Source of the DNA: Acidimicrobiales bacterium
GTDB lineage: Bacteria > Actinomycetota > Acidimicrobiia > Acidimicrobiales > Aldehydirespiratoraceae
Reading direction: 5' to 3'
DNA: 64,000 nucleotides
Assembly: GCA_965207755.1 (NCBI GenBank)
Contig: OZ242297.1
Coordinates: 83,384-147,383, forward strand
The first letter of the stretch is position 1. Each line of letters begins with the position of its first letter. The notes under the pieces are model-generated. The model had not been told where the DNA came from. It worked only from the letters and a program-made list of their open reading frames with translations, and ran no database searches. Position numbers and translations under genes: made by a program. Shown in pieces: positions 44,377 to 53,147 of this stretch.

Positions 44377-45282
44377 ATGCACGCAACCAGCCACCCACCC
44401 GAGCCGCGTTGCATCGCGGAGGCGCGGTTGGGCGACGGCGCGGCCGTCGTCGTTCGCCGTCACGGCAACCCCGACGGCCCCCGGTTGGTGTTGTCCCACG
44501 GTCTCGGCTTCGCGGCGGACTCGTACTGGCCGTTCTGGTCGCTGCTGATGGAGGACTTCGACATTGTCGTCTATGACTTGCGCAGCCACGGATGGAACGC
44601 GGTCAGTCCGCTGCAGTTCCACAACCTGCCGACCATGGTGGACGACAACTGCCGGGTGCTCGACGCCGTGGATGCGGCCTTCGGAACGAGACCGAGCATC
44701 GGAGTGTTCCATTCGTACTCGACGATGGTGGCGTTGATGCACGAGCATCGCACGCCGACGTTCGCGGCGCTGGTCCTGTTCGATCCGCCGATCTACCCGC
44801 CAGGCGCCGATCTCGATGAGATGGAGGCGGTGTGCCAGCGATTCGCCACCAGGGCCCGGCGCCGCCAGCAGCACTTCGAGTCGTGCCAGGACTTCGCGAC
44901 CATGCTGGGGAAGTCGTCGGGCTTCACGCTGATGTCACCCGCGGCCCGCGAGCTGTTCGCCGACACGACGCTGCGGCCGTCCGCGGGGGGAGGCTACGAG
45001 CTGCGCTGCCCGCCGGAGCACGAGGGACAGCTCTACGAGTGGTTCTTCGGGTTCTCGATGCAGGCGCCGGAGATCTTGGAGAGCATCGACATTCCGGTGA
45101 AGGTGATCGGCTCCGATCCCACGGTTCCGTTCTCGTTCCTGCCCAGCATGGATCTGAGCACCCTCACCTCCCTGGACTACGACTTCATTCCCGACCGGAC
45201 CCACTTGTTGCAGCTCGAGGACCCGCAACGGTGCGTCGACTTGACTGTCAAGTTCTTGAGGGCGTGCGGACTCCGCAGGTAG
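44377..45282 (+). CDS. alpha/beta-fold hydrolase
   Basis: ATG 44377 lies inside ORF 43996..45282. PRLVLSHGLGF is an oxyanion-region HG motif. The nucleophile elbow is variant (GVFHSYSTM). The C-terminal DRTHLLQLEDP carries the catalytic His. Confidence 0.6.
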   Translation: MHATSHPPEPRCIAEARLGDGAAVVVRRHGNPDGPRLVLSHGLGFAADSYWPFWSLLMEDFDIVVYDLRSHGWNAVSPLQFHNLPTMVDDNCRVLDAVDAAFGTRPSIGVFHSYSTMVALMHEHRTPTFAALVLFDPPIYPPGADLDEMEAVCQRFATRARRRQQHFESCQDFATMLGKSSGFTLMSPAARELFADTTLRPSAGGGYELRCPPEHEGQLYEWFFGFSMQAPEILESIDIPVKVIGSDPTVPFSFLPSMDLSTLTSLDYDFIPDRTHLLQLEDPQRCVDLTVKFLRACGLRR

Positions 45283-45342
45283 ACTGCCCGGTCGCAGCGC
45301 TCGCTGCGGTCATCCGCCTACACACTTCAGGAGACAACACCG

Positions 45343-45636
45343 ATGATGTACTACATCATGGAAGCCCGCGTCACCGACCGGGACGCCTATGCCGCAACAG
45401 TGGCGCAGTGGCTGCCCAAGGCCCGTGCCGCGGAACAGCACGGCGCTCGGATCAAGATCGCCGGTGGTCATGTGGAGACGGTCGTCGGCGACTGGAAGCC
45501 GAAGAACCTCCTGGTGATCGAGTTCCCCGACAAGGACGCCCTCGCCGAATGGATGGGCTCGGGCGACCATGCCGAAGTCGTTGAATTGGTGGGCCAGAGC
45601 GCCGATGTGCGGGCCGTCACCGTCGCCGGCCTCTGA
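45343..45636 (+). CDS. DUF1330-domain protein
   Basis: MYYIMEARVTDRDAYAATVAQWLPKARAAEQHGARIKIAGG...LLVIEFPDKDALAEWMGS is DUF1330-like. Confidence 0.6.
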   Translation: MMYYIMEARVTDRDAYAATVAQWLPKARAAEQHGARIKIAGGHVETVVGDWKPKNLLVIEFPDKDALAEWMGSGDHAEVVELVGQSADVRAVTVAGL

Positions 45637-45640
45637 CCGG

Positions 45641-45711
45641 AGCGGATGACGAGAATCGAACTCGCATTCTCAGCTTGGGAAGCTGATGTTCTACCATTGA
45701 ACTACACCCGC
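45641..45711 (-). tRNA. tRNA-Gly (anticodon CCC)
   Basis: The reverse complement GCGGGTG-TA-GTTC-AATGGTA-GAAC-A-TCAGC-TTCCCAA-GCTGA-GAAT-GCGAG-TTCGATT-CTCGT-CATCCGC-T folds as a canonical cloverleaf. CCA is not encoded. Confidence 0.9.
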
Positions 45712-45758
45712 GAAGGGCATGAGCGTAGCCAGGTCATCGCCCGCTGCACAGCCGAGGG

Positions 45759-45869
45759 GTTCTCGGGTTGGTAATGGGTCGTGAGTGCCCAAAACCGGCC
45801 CGAGATTTTCCCGCCCGGATTCTCGGGTTGGTAATGGGTGGTGAGTGCCCAAAACCAACCCGAGATTTT
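45759..45869. repeat. two tandem REP-like family A hairpin elements (60-bp period)
   Basis: (g/a)ttctcgggttggtaatgggt(c/g)gtgagtgcccaaaacc(gg/aa)cccgagatttt occurs twice. The second copy has a perfect 12-bp stem TCTCGGGTTGGT/ACCAACCCGAGA. Confidence 0.9.
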
Positions 45870-45877
45870 CGCGGTCG

Positions 45878-46657
45878 CTACGAGTAGCGCACGAAGACGG
45901 GGCGGTCGGTGTCGGACCGTTCGGGGTCGAACCCGTAGCCGAGCCCGTCGAAGTCCCGCAGTCCCCGCACCGACTTCACCCGGTTGCGGATGATCCACCC
46001 CGCCATCGACCCGCGGGCCCGCTTGGCGAAGAACGAGATCATCCTGGGCTCGGCCTCGCCCCGGCCGTCCAGGAAGGCGGGAGTCACCAGCCGCCCCTCC
46101 AGCCGCGCCGCGTCCACCGAGCGGAAGTACTCGTGCGACGCCAGGTTCACCACCACGGCCGGCCCCGGGCTGGCGGCCAGGTCGGCGTTGATGGCCTCTG
46201 TGATGCGCTCGCCCCAGTAGGCGTACAGGTCGCGGCCCCGGTCGGTGGCCAGTTTGGACCCCATCTCCAGCCGGTACGGCTGCATCAGGTCCAGAGGCCG
46301 CAGCACCCCGTACAGCCCCGACAGGATGCGCAGCACCTTCTGGGCGTGGGTGTAGTCCCGCTCAGTGAAGGTGGTCGCCGCGTCCATGCCCTGGTACACG
46401 TCGCCGGCGAAGGCCAGCAGCGCGGGCCGGGCGTCGGCCGTCGTGAACGGTGCCTGCCAGTCGGCGTAGCGCTCGAAGTTGAGTTCGGCCAACTCGGCCG
46501 AGATGCCCATCAGGTTGGCGATCTCGTCGGGCGTCTTCTGGCGCATCGCGTCCACCAGCGGCCCGGCCTCGTCCAGCATCCGGGGCTGGGAGTGCTTGCG
46601 GGTGGGCAGCTTGGAACTGTAGTCGAGCGCCTTGGCCGGTGAGACGACGATCAGCAC
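45878..46657 (-). CDS. yaaA: peroxide stress protein YaaA (UPF0246/DUF328)
   Basis: MLIVVSPAKALDY...AFAGDVYQGMDA...LRILSGLYGVLRPLDLMQPYRLEMG...FAKRARGSMAGWII is a family hallmark. Confidence 0.85.
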   Translation of the reverse strand: MLIVVSPAKALDYSSKLPTRKHSQPRMLDEAGPLVDAMRQKTPDEIANLMGISAELAELNFERYADWQAPFTTADARPALLAFAGDVYQGMDAATTFTERDYTHAQKVLRILSGLYGVLRPLDLMQPYRLEMGSKLATDRGRDLYAYWGERITEAINADLAASPGPAVVVNLASHEYFRSVDAARLEGRLVTPAFLDGRGEAEPRMISFFAKRARGSMAGWIIRNRVKSVRGLRDFDGLGYGFDPERSDTDRPVFVRYS

Positions 46658-46687
46658 CGGACCGTTATACCCCCACTAGGCCTGTTC

Positions 46688-46743
46688 CCCGAAATTGATG
46701 CGGACTGTGCGCCTCAGAGGGCGGGTTGGCCATCAATTTCGGG
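46688..46743. repeat. hairpin with a 13-bp perfect stem (CCCGAAATTGATG / CATCAATTTCGGG) and a 30-nt loop
   Basis: Read directly. It lies in the intergenic region between the yaaA start and the aminotransferase stop and has the same architecture as the REP-like families. Confidence 0.85.
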
Positions 46744-46754
46744 CGAAGGCGGCC

Positions 46755-47987
46755 TCAGGCTGCGGTGGCCTTGTCGGCGGCAGCCGGCTCGCCGGCCTCG
46801 GCCTCGGCACGGGGTTCCAGGTCGGGCAGGCAGCGCCGCAGGTTGCGGATGCCCTGGCTGATGCGCTGGCGGTTCTCGATCAGCGCGAACCGCACGTGGC
46901 CCTCGCCGCCGGGCCCGAACCCCACGCCGGGCGACACGGCCACGTGGGCCTCCCGCACCAGCTTCGACGCGAACTCGATCGAGTCCAGGTGCCGGTACGG
47001 CTCCGGGATCCTGGCCCACACGAACATGGTCCCCTTGGGCGGCTCGACCTCCCAGCCGATGCGGTTGAGGCCCTCGCACAGGGCGTCCCGGCGGCGCTCG
47101 TACACCGCGCAGGCCTCCAGCGGGTAGTCGGGCTGCTCCCTCAGGGTGACCGCCGCCGCGATCTGTATCGGCTGGAACGACCCGTAGTCGAGGTAGCTCT
47201 TGAGCTTGGCCAGCGCGGCCACCACCTCGGCGTTGCCCAGCATGAACGCCATCCGCCAGCCCGCCATCGAGAACGACTTGGTGCACGAGTAGAACTCCAC
47301 CGCGCACTCCTTGGCCCCCTCCACCTGCAGGATCGACGGCGGCTTGTACCCGTCGAAGCCCAAATCCGCGTAGGCGTTGTCGTGTACGACCAGCATCTGG
47401 CGGTCGCGGGCCCAGTCGACCACCTTCTGCATGAAGTCGAGGTCGACGCATGTGGTGGTGGGGTTGTGCGGGAACGAGATCACCGCCACCCGGGGCTTGG
47501 GCCGGCTGTAGTGCCAGGTGAGCTGCATCCGGTGGACGAACTCGTCGCCGTCGGCGAGGGGCACCTCCCGGATCTGGGCGCCGGCGAACAGCGGCCCGTA
47601 GATGTGGATCGGGTAGCTGGGGGTGGGCACCAGGCAGGTGTCGCCGGGCTGGAGCAGCACCCACATGAGGTGGCTGAACCCCTCCTTGGCGCCGATGGTG
47701 TTGATGACCTCGGTGTCGGGGTCGACCTCTACGCCGAAGCGGCTCCGGTACAGGGCGGCGACGTTGCGCCGCAGCGCGGGCAGGCCCCGGCTGGACGAGT
47801 ACCGGTGGTTGCGGGGGTTGCGGGCCGCCTCGCACAGCTTGTCGACTGCGACCGGCGGCGACGGCAGGTCGGGGTTGCCGAACCCGAGGTCGATGATGTC
47901 GGCGCCGTCGTGGCGGAGCTGGATCTTCAGGTCGTTGATGATCGTGAAGACGTAGGGCGGCAGGCCGTTGATCCGGCGGAAATCCAT
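46755..47987 (-). CDS. class I/II pyridoxal-phosphate aminotransferase (alanine/aspartate transaminase-like)
   Basis: YVFTIINDLK...DLGFGNPD...YSSSRGLPALR...HNPTT...SCTKSFSMAGWRMAF (PLP Lys)...RFAL are present. Confidence 0.85.
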   Translation of the reverse strand: MDFRRINGLPPYVFTIINDLKIQLRHDGADIIDLGFGNPDLPSPPVAVDKLCEAARNPRNHRYSSSRGLPALRRNVAALYRSRFGVEVDPDTEVINTIGAKEGFSHLMWVLLQPGDTCLVPTPSYPIHIYGPLFAGAQIREVPLADGDEFVHRMQLTWHYSRPKPRVAVISFPHNPTTTCVDLDFMQKVVDWARDRQMLVVHDNAYADLGFDGYKPPSILQVEGAKECAVEFYSCTKSFSMAGWRMAFMLGNAEVVAALAKLKSYLDYGSFQPIQIAAAVTLREQPDYPLEACAVYERRRDALCEGLNRIGWEVEPPKGTMFVWARIPEPYRHLDSIEFASKLVREAHVAVSPGVGFGPGGEGHVRFALIENRQRISQGIRNLRRCLPDLEPRAEAEAGEPAAADKATAA

Positions 47988-48201
47988 CGACCGAAGCTAA
48001 CAGTTCGGCCGTCCGGAACAAGTGACATGTGTCATGCGTCCAGGGATCTCGGCGTGCTCGACAACCGGTTCCGGTTCGCACCTGGCGGCGGTTCCGGTTC
48101 GCACCCGGCGGCGGTTCCGGCGGCCCGTCGGCTCGTGCGCGGGCCTACGCTCCAGGCATGGACGGCGCACGGGCTGGGCCTGCACGGGATAGAACCGCAC
48201 C

Positions 48202-48765
48202 GTGATCCTGTCGGACCGCTCGATCCGCGAGGCGCTCGCCGCCGGGCGCATCGTGATCGACCCGCTGGACGACGAGGCGGTGCAGCCGTCGTCAGTGGAC
48301 CTGCGGCTGGGGTCCAGCTTCAGGGTGTTCCGCAACCACACGCTCGGCCACATCGACGTCAAGCAGGACCTGTCGGAGCTGACCACCCTGGTGGAGGCCG
48401 GCGACGACGACCCGTTCATCCTCCATCCGGGCGAGCTCGTGCTGGGCGCCACCCTCGAGCGGGTGGCTCTGCCCGACGACCTGGTGGCCCGTCTGGAGGG
48501 CAAGTCGTCGCTGGGGCGGCTGGGGCTGCTGATCCACTCGACGGCCGGCTTCGTGGACCCGGGCTTCGACGGCCAGCTCACCCTGGAGCTGTCGAATGTG
48601 GCCAACCTGCCGATCACGCTGTACCCCGGGATGCGGGTCGGCCAGATCAGCTTCCAGCGGATGACCACCCCGGCCGACACACCCTACGGCGCCATCGGGC
48701 TGGGCTCGAAGTATCACGGCCAGCGGGGCCCGGTCCCGTCCCGCTACTGGGAGAACTTCAAGTAG
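48202..48765 (+). CDS. dcd: dCTP deaminase
   Basis: [12 protein letters not shown]...[11 protein letters not shown]...[33 protein letters not shown] fits dCTP deaminase. The start is GTG. Confidence 0.9.
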   Translation: MILSDRSIREALAAGRIVIDPLDDEAVQPSSVDLRLGSSFRVFRNHTLGHIDVKQDLSELTTLVEAGDDDPFILHPGELVLGATLERVALPDDLVARLEGKSSLGRLGLLIHSTAGFVDPGFDGQLTLELSNVANLPITLYPGMRVGQISFQRMTTPADTPYGAIGLGSKYHGQRGPVPSRYWENFK

Positions 48766-48795
48766 CGCGGTCCTGCCTCCTCTATCCTCGGGGCT

Positions 48796-49077
48796 ATGCC
48801 GAGACCTACGAAGCGCCGAGTGCCGGCCGGCCGTGTGACCGCCAAGGGCACCCGACCCGACAACTACCAGCCCGACAGGCAGACCCACACCGGGTTCGAC
48901 GAACTGCCGCCGAGCCCCATATGGGTGCCGATCCTGCTGTTCGGCCTGCTGGGACTGGGGGTGGCGACGATCATCGTCAACTATCTGGGCGTGATCTGGG
49001 ACACCTCCAACGTGGTGCTGCTGGTCGGCCTGGCCTTCATCCTGGCTGGGATCGTCACCGCCACCCAGTACCGCTGA
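48796..49077 (+). CDS. crgA: cell division membrane protein CrgA
   Basis: The basic N-terminus (PRPTKRRVPAGRVT), SPIWVPILLFGLLGLGVATIIVNYLG and a second TM helix give the size and layout of actinobacterial CrgA. Confidence 0.7.
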   Translation: MPRPTKRRVPAGRVTAKGTRPDNYQPDRQTHTGFDELPPSPIWVPILLFGLLGLGVATIIVNYLGVIWDTSNVVLLVGLAFILAGIVTATQYR

Positions 49078-49154
49078 CCGGCGCTCTCCCGCTCATCACA
49101 CAGTTGTAATTATCCCCGGATCCGTCCACAGCCTGTGTATAACTTCGGCTGCGG

Positions 49155-49487
49155 TCACTCGACGGGTGTCACCAGGTCCATCTCGTCCTGGCAGTGACGG
49201 GGCGGCTCGGGGTCCTCGTCGGGGGCGACGGTCATGCGCGCCTCGGCCCCGCAGATCGCGCAGCGGTACTCGATCTTGACCTTGCGAAGGATGCCCGGGT
49301 CCGGCGGCTCCGGCAGCGGACGGGCCAGGTTGCGGAGCATGGCCAGGCCCAGTCGCAGTACCCCGTAGGCGATCGCCACCGCGATCAGCACCTTGAAGAC
49401 GTCGGCCAGGATGGAGCCCACCACGAGGCCGGTCAGCGCCAGCACCAGCAACCCGATGTTGACGGCCCTCTCCGACTTCGCCTTCAC
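49155..49487 (-). CDS. membrane-anchored small protein with a C-terminal Cys cluster
   Basis: It has two predicted TM stretches followed by RCAICGAEARMTV...HCQDEM. Confidence 0.45.
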   Translation of the reverse strand: MKAKSERAVNIGLLVLALTGLVVGSILADVFKVLIAVAIAYGVLRLGLAMLRNLARPLPEPPDPGILRKVKIEYRCAICGAEARMTVAPDEDPEPPRHCQDEMDLVTPVE

Positions 49488-49517
49488 GCCAGCCTCCCGC
49501 CGCCGACTGCCCCGATG

Positions 49518-49865
49518 CTACGCCCCAGTCCCGGCCATGCGCCGGGAACCAGACGGCCAGGCGGGCCGCACCGCGGGACCGCAAGGCTCGGGTGGCGGCG
49601 ACCGGGACGTCGGATGTGCTATGGACGGCGAACCAGCAGTGGGGGGCGCCGCACCGGGCTCGGCTGCCGGAGAGTCGATCAGGACGCCGGTACGGGCCAA
49701 GGCCATGATCCGGTTGTCCACCTCCGTCTCAAGCCTGTCGAGCTTCTCCTCGAGCGGCTTGAAGTCGGAGCGCAGCCAGCGGAAGCCCGCGCCGCACGCT
49801 GCGACGAGAGTGGCGAGGGCAACTCCCAACAGCGTGGCGAGGACTCCGGTTTCCATGGGCGTCAC
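49518..49865 (-). CDS. hypothetical membrane or coiled-coil protein
   Basis: An N-terminal TM helix (GVLATLLGVALATLVAACG) is followed by LEEKLDRLETEVDNRIMAL and a Pro-rich tail. Confidence 0.3.
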   Translation of the reverse strand: MTPMETGVLATLLGVALATLVAACGAGFRWLRSDFKPLEEKLDRLETEVDNRIMALARTGVLIDSPAAEPGAAPPTAGSPSIAHPTSRSPPPEPCGPAVRPAWPSGSRRMAGTGA

Positions 49866-49904
49866 AGTAGCAGACCACTATGACACAAACGAGTTGACAT
49901 GCAT

Positions 49905-51185
49905 TCAAATAGCAGTGCTCCACAAGATGACGGCCGAGCCGGTGGGGCCTGCGCTGATGGTCAGGAGCAGCCGCTCGCTGGCCGGGACAGCGAGCCCGTC
50001 AGTGATGAGGCGCAGCTCCTCGGCTGCCCCGGCGTTGCCGGTGGCCACCGCACCTCCGTCACGGTTGATGCGCTCCGCGTCGATGTCCAGGGACCGGGCC
50101 AACAGCATCGTCGTGGCCGCGTCGTGCTCGACGACGGAGATGACGTCGACGGCAGAGAGCTCGACCCCGGCGTCACCCAGCGCCCGACCGACCGCCACGG
50201 CCACGTTGCCGACCGGGTCGAACGGGTCGCCCGCGGCCCGGCCCATCCCGGCCACGGTGGCCATCCCGCCCGGCGCCCGGCCGACCGCCGCGGCCACGTT
50301 GCCGACGGGATCGGGCGGGTCGCAGGCCTGCCCTGTCCCGGCAACTCCGCCTGGCGCCGGGGCCTCGCCAGCCTGCAGCAGCACCGCAGTCACGCAGTCG
50401 GCTGGAGGAGCGAACGTGGCCGCGGTCAGCAGTCCGTCGTCGTCGAAGGCGGGGGGCAGGTCGGCCGCGTCCCCCCAGTCGCGCACCACGTCGTCGGCGA
50501 CCGGGTCGCCGCGGTACACGCCCCGCCCTGCGGCGGCGCCCGGCCTGGCCGCCACCGCCACGATGGCTGCCCGCGACCTTGACCCCGCCGCCGGTCCTGC
50601 CGCCGGTGCCGACTCTGATCCCGGTCCTGCCGCCGACAGCGACCACGCCTCCGCCCGCCGGCGCCGGGACTCCTCGGCCGCGGCGTCGAGCTCGGCCCGG
50701 CCGATGCCGGCGGCCTGAGCAGCCCTCTCCGAGAGCCGGGGCGCCGGCAGCAGCCCCCCGACCTCGTCGAACCGCTCAGCCACCCCGCCCCACGGCGCCC
50801 CGTAGGCGCGGTTGAGCGCAGCCGCGCCCGGCGGCACCACCGAGCACAGGCCGAGGCCGACCACCAGCACGGTCCGGGCCTGGCCGGCCCGGATGGCGGC
50901 CACCGCCGCCTGCGCTGCTGCCGCACCGCTGGTCTCGCCCCGATCGACCACCGAACCGCCGATTGACACCGGCCACCCCGCAGCCAGCACGATCGCCCGG
51001 GCCACGTCGGCCCCGGCGGCCCCCACCGGATCGCAGCACCCCACCACCACCTCGTCGAGCACGCCCGCGTCGAGCCCGGCCCGCTCCAGCACCTCCCGGC
51101 CCACCACGCCGGCCAGCAGCACCGGGTTCCAGCCGGCCAGCTCTCCGTCCACCGGCCGCACCGCCGTCCGGGCTCCAGCCACCAT
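49905..51185 (-). CDS. thiolase-fold protein lacking the catalytic Cys/His residues, with an internal duplication
   Basis: MVAGARTAVRPVDGELAG... has a thiolase N-terminal layout. At the active-site position it reads VVDRGETSGAAAAQ (no Cys). The C-terminal part reads INRDGGAVATGNAG (Asn where His is expected). A repeated DP.DPVGNVA.AVGRA segment is present. Confidence 0.5.
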   Translation of the reverse strand: MVAGARTAVRPVDGELAGWNPVLLAGVVGREVLERAGLDAGVLDEVVVGCCDPVGAAGADVARAIVLAAGWPVSIGGSVVDRGETSGAAAAQAAVAAIRAGQARTVLVVGLGLCSVVPPGAAALNRAYGAPWGGVAERFDEVGGLLPAPRLSERAAQAAGIGRAELDAAAEESRRRRAEAWSLSAAGPGSESAPAAGPAAGSRSRAAIVAVAARPGAAAGRGVYRGDPVADDVVRDWGDAADLPPAFDDDGLLTAATFAPPADCVTAVLLQAGEAPAPGGVAGTGQACDPPDPVGNVAAAVGRAPGGMATVAGMGRAAGDPFDPVGNVAVAVGRALGDAGVELSAVDVISVVEHDAATTMLLARSLDIDAERINRDGGAVATGNAGAAEELRLITDGLAVPASERLLLTISAGPTGSAVILWSTAI

Positions 51186-51334
51186 CGTCACAGCCACCGC
51201 CGGGGTCGCACCCACGGCGTCAATGTCTACTCGCCGCCGGTCCCGCCGGCCGCGCACGAGCGACGCACCCCCCACCGGCGGGTGTTCTCGCCGTCCGGTG
51301 CTCGCGAGGGCGCCAACCCGGCGCCGGCTGCCGT

Positions 51335-51824
51335 GGCCGAAGTTGTGCCTGCATCCCGACGACGCTGCCTCGCGAGGGCCTTGTCGAGGGGGACTGGGCC
51401 CGGATTGAGACGCGGACCGGCAGTGTGGTCGCCGCCATCTCGGTGAGGGACACAATGGACACCGTGGACACAATGAGGGCAGGCCACCTGCGGGTGCGGG
51501 ACCTGGCCCACGGTGTGCAGGCTGCGGGCGGACACCATGGGCACAATGAGGGCAGGCCACCTGCGGGCGCCCCACGGCTGGTGGTATCCCGAGCCGCGGG
51601 GCGAAGCCGACCTTGCCGGCGCGTTCATCAGCAGCGACGCCGTGCTGTGCGACGATGTCGACGAATGGCTCGACCACGAGCATGGCGTTCCCCACTTGCA
51701 GGGCGTTCCCCACTTGCAGGGCGTTCCCCACTTGCAGGGCGTTCCCCACTTCAAGGGCTTTCCCGGGCGTCTGGTCAGGCTGGACGAGCCCCCCGCCCTG
51801 TCCGAGCTGACGCTGAACGGCTGA
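51335..51824 (+). pseudogene. C-terminal (molybdopterin dinucleotide-binding) domain fragment of a Mo-oxidoreductase; multiply frameshifted with internal repeats
   Basis: LHPDDAASRG / LVEGDWARIETRTGSVVAAISVRD / WWYPEPRGEADLAGAFISSDAVLCDD are spread over three frames. An 18-bp repeat x4 (GVPHLQ) lies at 51688-51760. Confidence 0.5.
51458..51567. repeat. DR37-N36-DR37 structure, period 73
   Basis: gacacc(g/a)tgg(a/g)cacaatgagggcaggccacctgcggg occurs at 51458-51494 and 51531-51567 (35/37 identical). Confidence 0.85.
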
Positions 51825-52033
51825 CTTCACGTCTGGCAGCGAGCGCGCTAGCCGGCTGCCGCTCTCTCGTTCAGCCGCAGTTCGAGCGAGTCGAGATCCA
51901 CCGGCGTGCCGTCCTCGCGCACCAGTCCAACCGTGACCCGCTGGCCGGTGTCCCGGTGGTGCCTGCTCACCCCTCTTGAAGCCGTAGTTCTCAGCTGCCT
52001 CGCCGCCGACACCGCCACCGCAATGCTTCCAAC

Positions 52034-52352
52034 TCGGGACCGCGGTGCAGGAGCGGCGCGACCCGGAGTTCTTCAGGAACTCGACGGGCCTGCCGGAGGT
52101 TCCAGGTCGGGACGGCGGTGCAGGAGCGGCGCGACCCGGAGTTCTTCAGGAACTCGACGGGCCTGCCGGAGGTTCCAGGTCGGGACGGCGGTGCAGGAGC
52201 GGCGCGACCCGGAGTTCTTCAGGAACTCGACGGGCCTGCCGGAGGTTCCAGGTCGGGACGGCGGTGCAGGAGCGGCGCGACCCGGAGTTCTTCAGGAACT
52301 CGACGGGCCTGCCGGAGGTTCAGGTCGGGACGGCGGTGCAGGAGCGGCGCGA
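52034..52352. repeat. 73-bp tandem array, about 4.4 copies
   Basis: The unit is tcgggacggcggtgcaggagcggcgcgacccggagttcttcaggaactcgacgggcctgccggaggttccagg. Unit starts are at 52034, 52107, 52180, 52253 and 52325. The unit contains the palindrome gagttcttcaggaactc. The array lies upstream of the DoxX gene. Confidence 0.95.
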
Positions 52353-52429
52353 CGGGGGGCGCCGGCAACCGTGTCTACACTCGCACTGACCATCCGCTGG
52401 ACGCTGAGACACGCAACTGGGAGGTCATC

Positions 52430-53113
52430 GTGAGCAAGCGCGCAGCCGACATCGTCATCCGGGTGATGACCGCCGTGACCCTGGTCGCTATGGCGCTGGC
52501 GGTGTTGTTCTACGAGCAACTGGTCGGCGACGTGTCCCACGCGACTGCTGCACCGCTCTTCGCCGAGGGCGACTACATCGACATCGACTCGCCCCGAACC
52601 GTCGACACCGCCCTGCTGCTCCTGCGGGTCGCGCTCGGGATGATGATCTTCGTCCACGGCTACAACAAGGCGTTCCGGGGCGGGAAGCTCGCCGGCACCG
52701 GCCGCTGGTTCCAGTCGATGGGGATGCGCCCCGGCAAGGTCCACGCCGCCCTGGCGGCCGGCACCGAGATGGGCGTGGGCGTGCTGCTCGTCCTCGGCCT
52801 CCTCACCCAGCTGGCCGCGGCCGGGCTGATCGCGCTGATGCTGGTGGCCTTCTGGACGGTCCACCGTGACAAGGGCTTCATGATCACCGGCGAGGGCTGG
52901 GAGTACGTGGCCCTGATCGCGGTCATGAGCCTCGTCGCCGCCGTCCTCGGCCCGGGCCGCCTGTCGCTGGACTACGAGCTCGAGATCGCCCACCGCCTCG
53001 ACGGCAAGACCGGCCTGGGGATCGCCCTGCTGCTCGGCGTCGGCGCCGGCGCGGCCCAGCTCCTGCTCTTCTTCCGCCCCCCGAAGCCCGCCCCCGCCGC
53101 CGGGGATGGCTGA
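52430..53113 (+). CDS. DoxX-family membrane protein
   Basis: GTG 52430 is preceded by GGGAGG. LLLLRVALGMMIFVHGYNKAF ... LAAAGLIALMLVAFWTVH fits DoxX. Confidence 0.7.
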   Translation: MSKRAADIVIRVMTAVTLVAMALAVLFYEQLVGDVSHATAAPLFAEGDYIDIDSPRTVDTALLLLRVALGMMIFVHGYNKAFRGGKLAGTGRWFQSMGMRPGKVHAALAAGTEMGVGVLLVLGLLTQLAAAGLIALMLVAFWTVHRDKGFMITGEGWEYVALIAVMSLVAAVLGPGRLSLDYELEIAHRLDGKTGLGIALLLGVGAGAAQLLLFFRPPKPAPAAGDG

Positions 53114-53147
53114 CGCTCGACTCTCAAGACTGTTGCTGAGGGTCTCT

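Noticed and set aside
45641-45875. tRNA-Gly as an integration site of a genomic island
   Set aside because: There is no integrase, no repeat of the tRNA 3' end, and both flanks are ordinary core genes. The adjacent repeats are REP-like hairpins.
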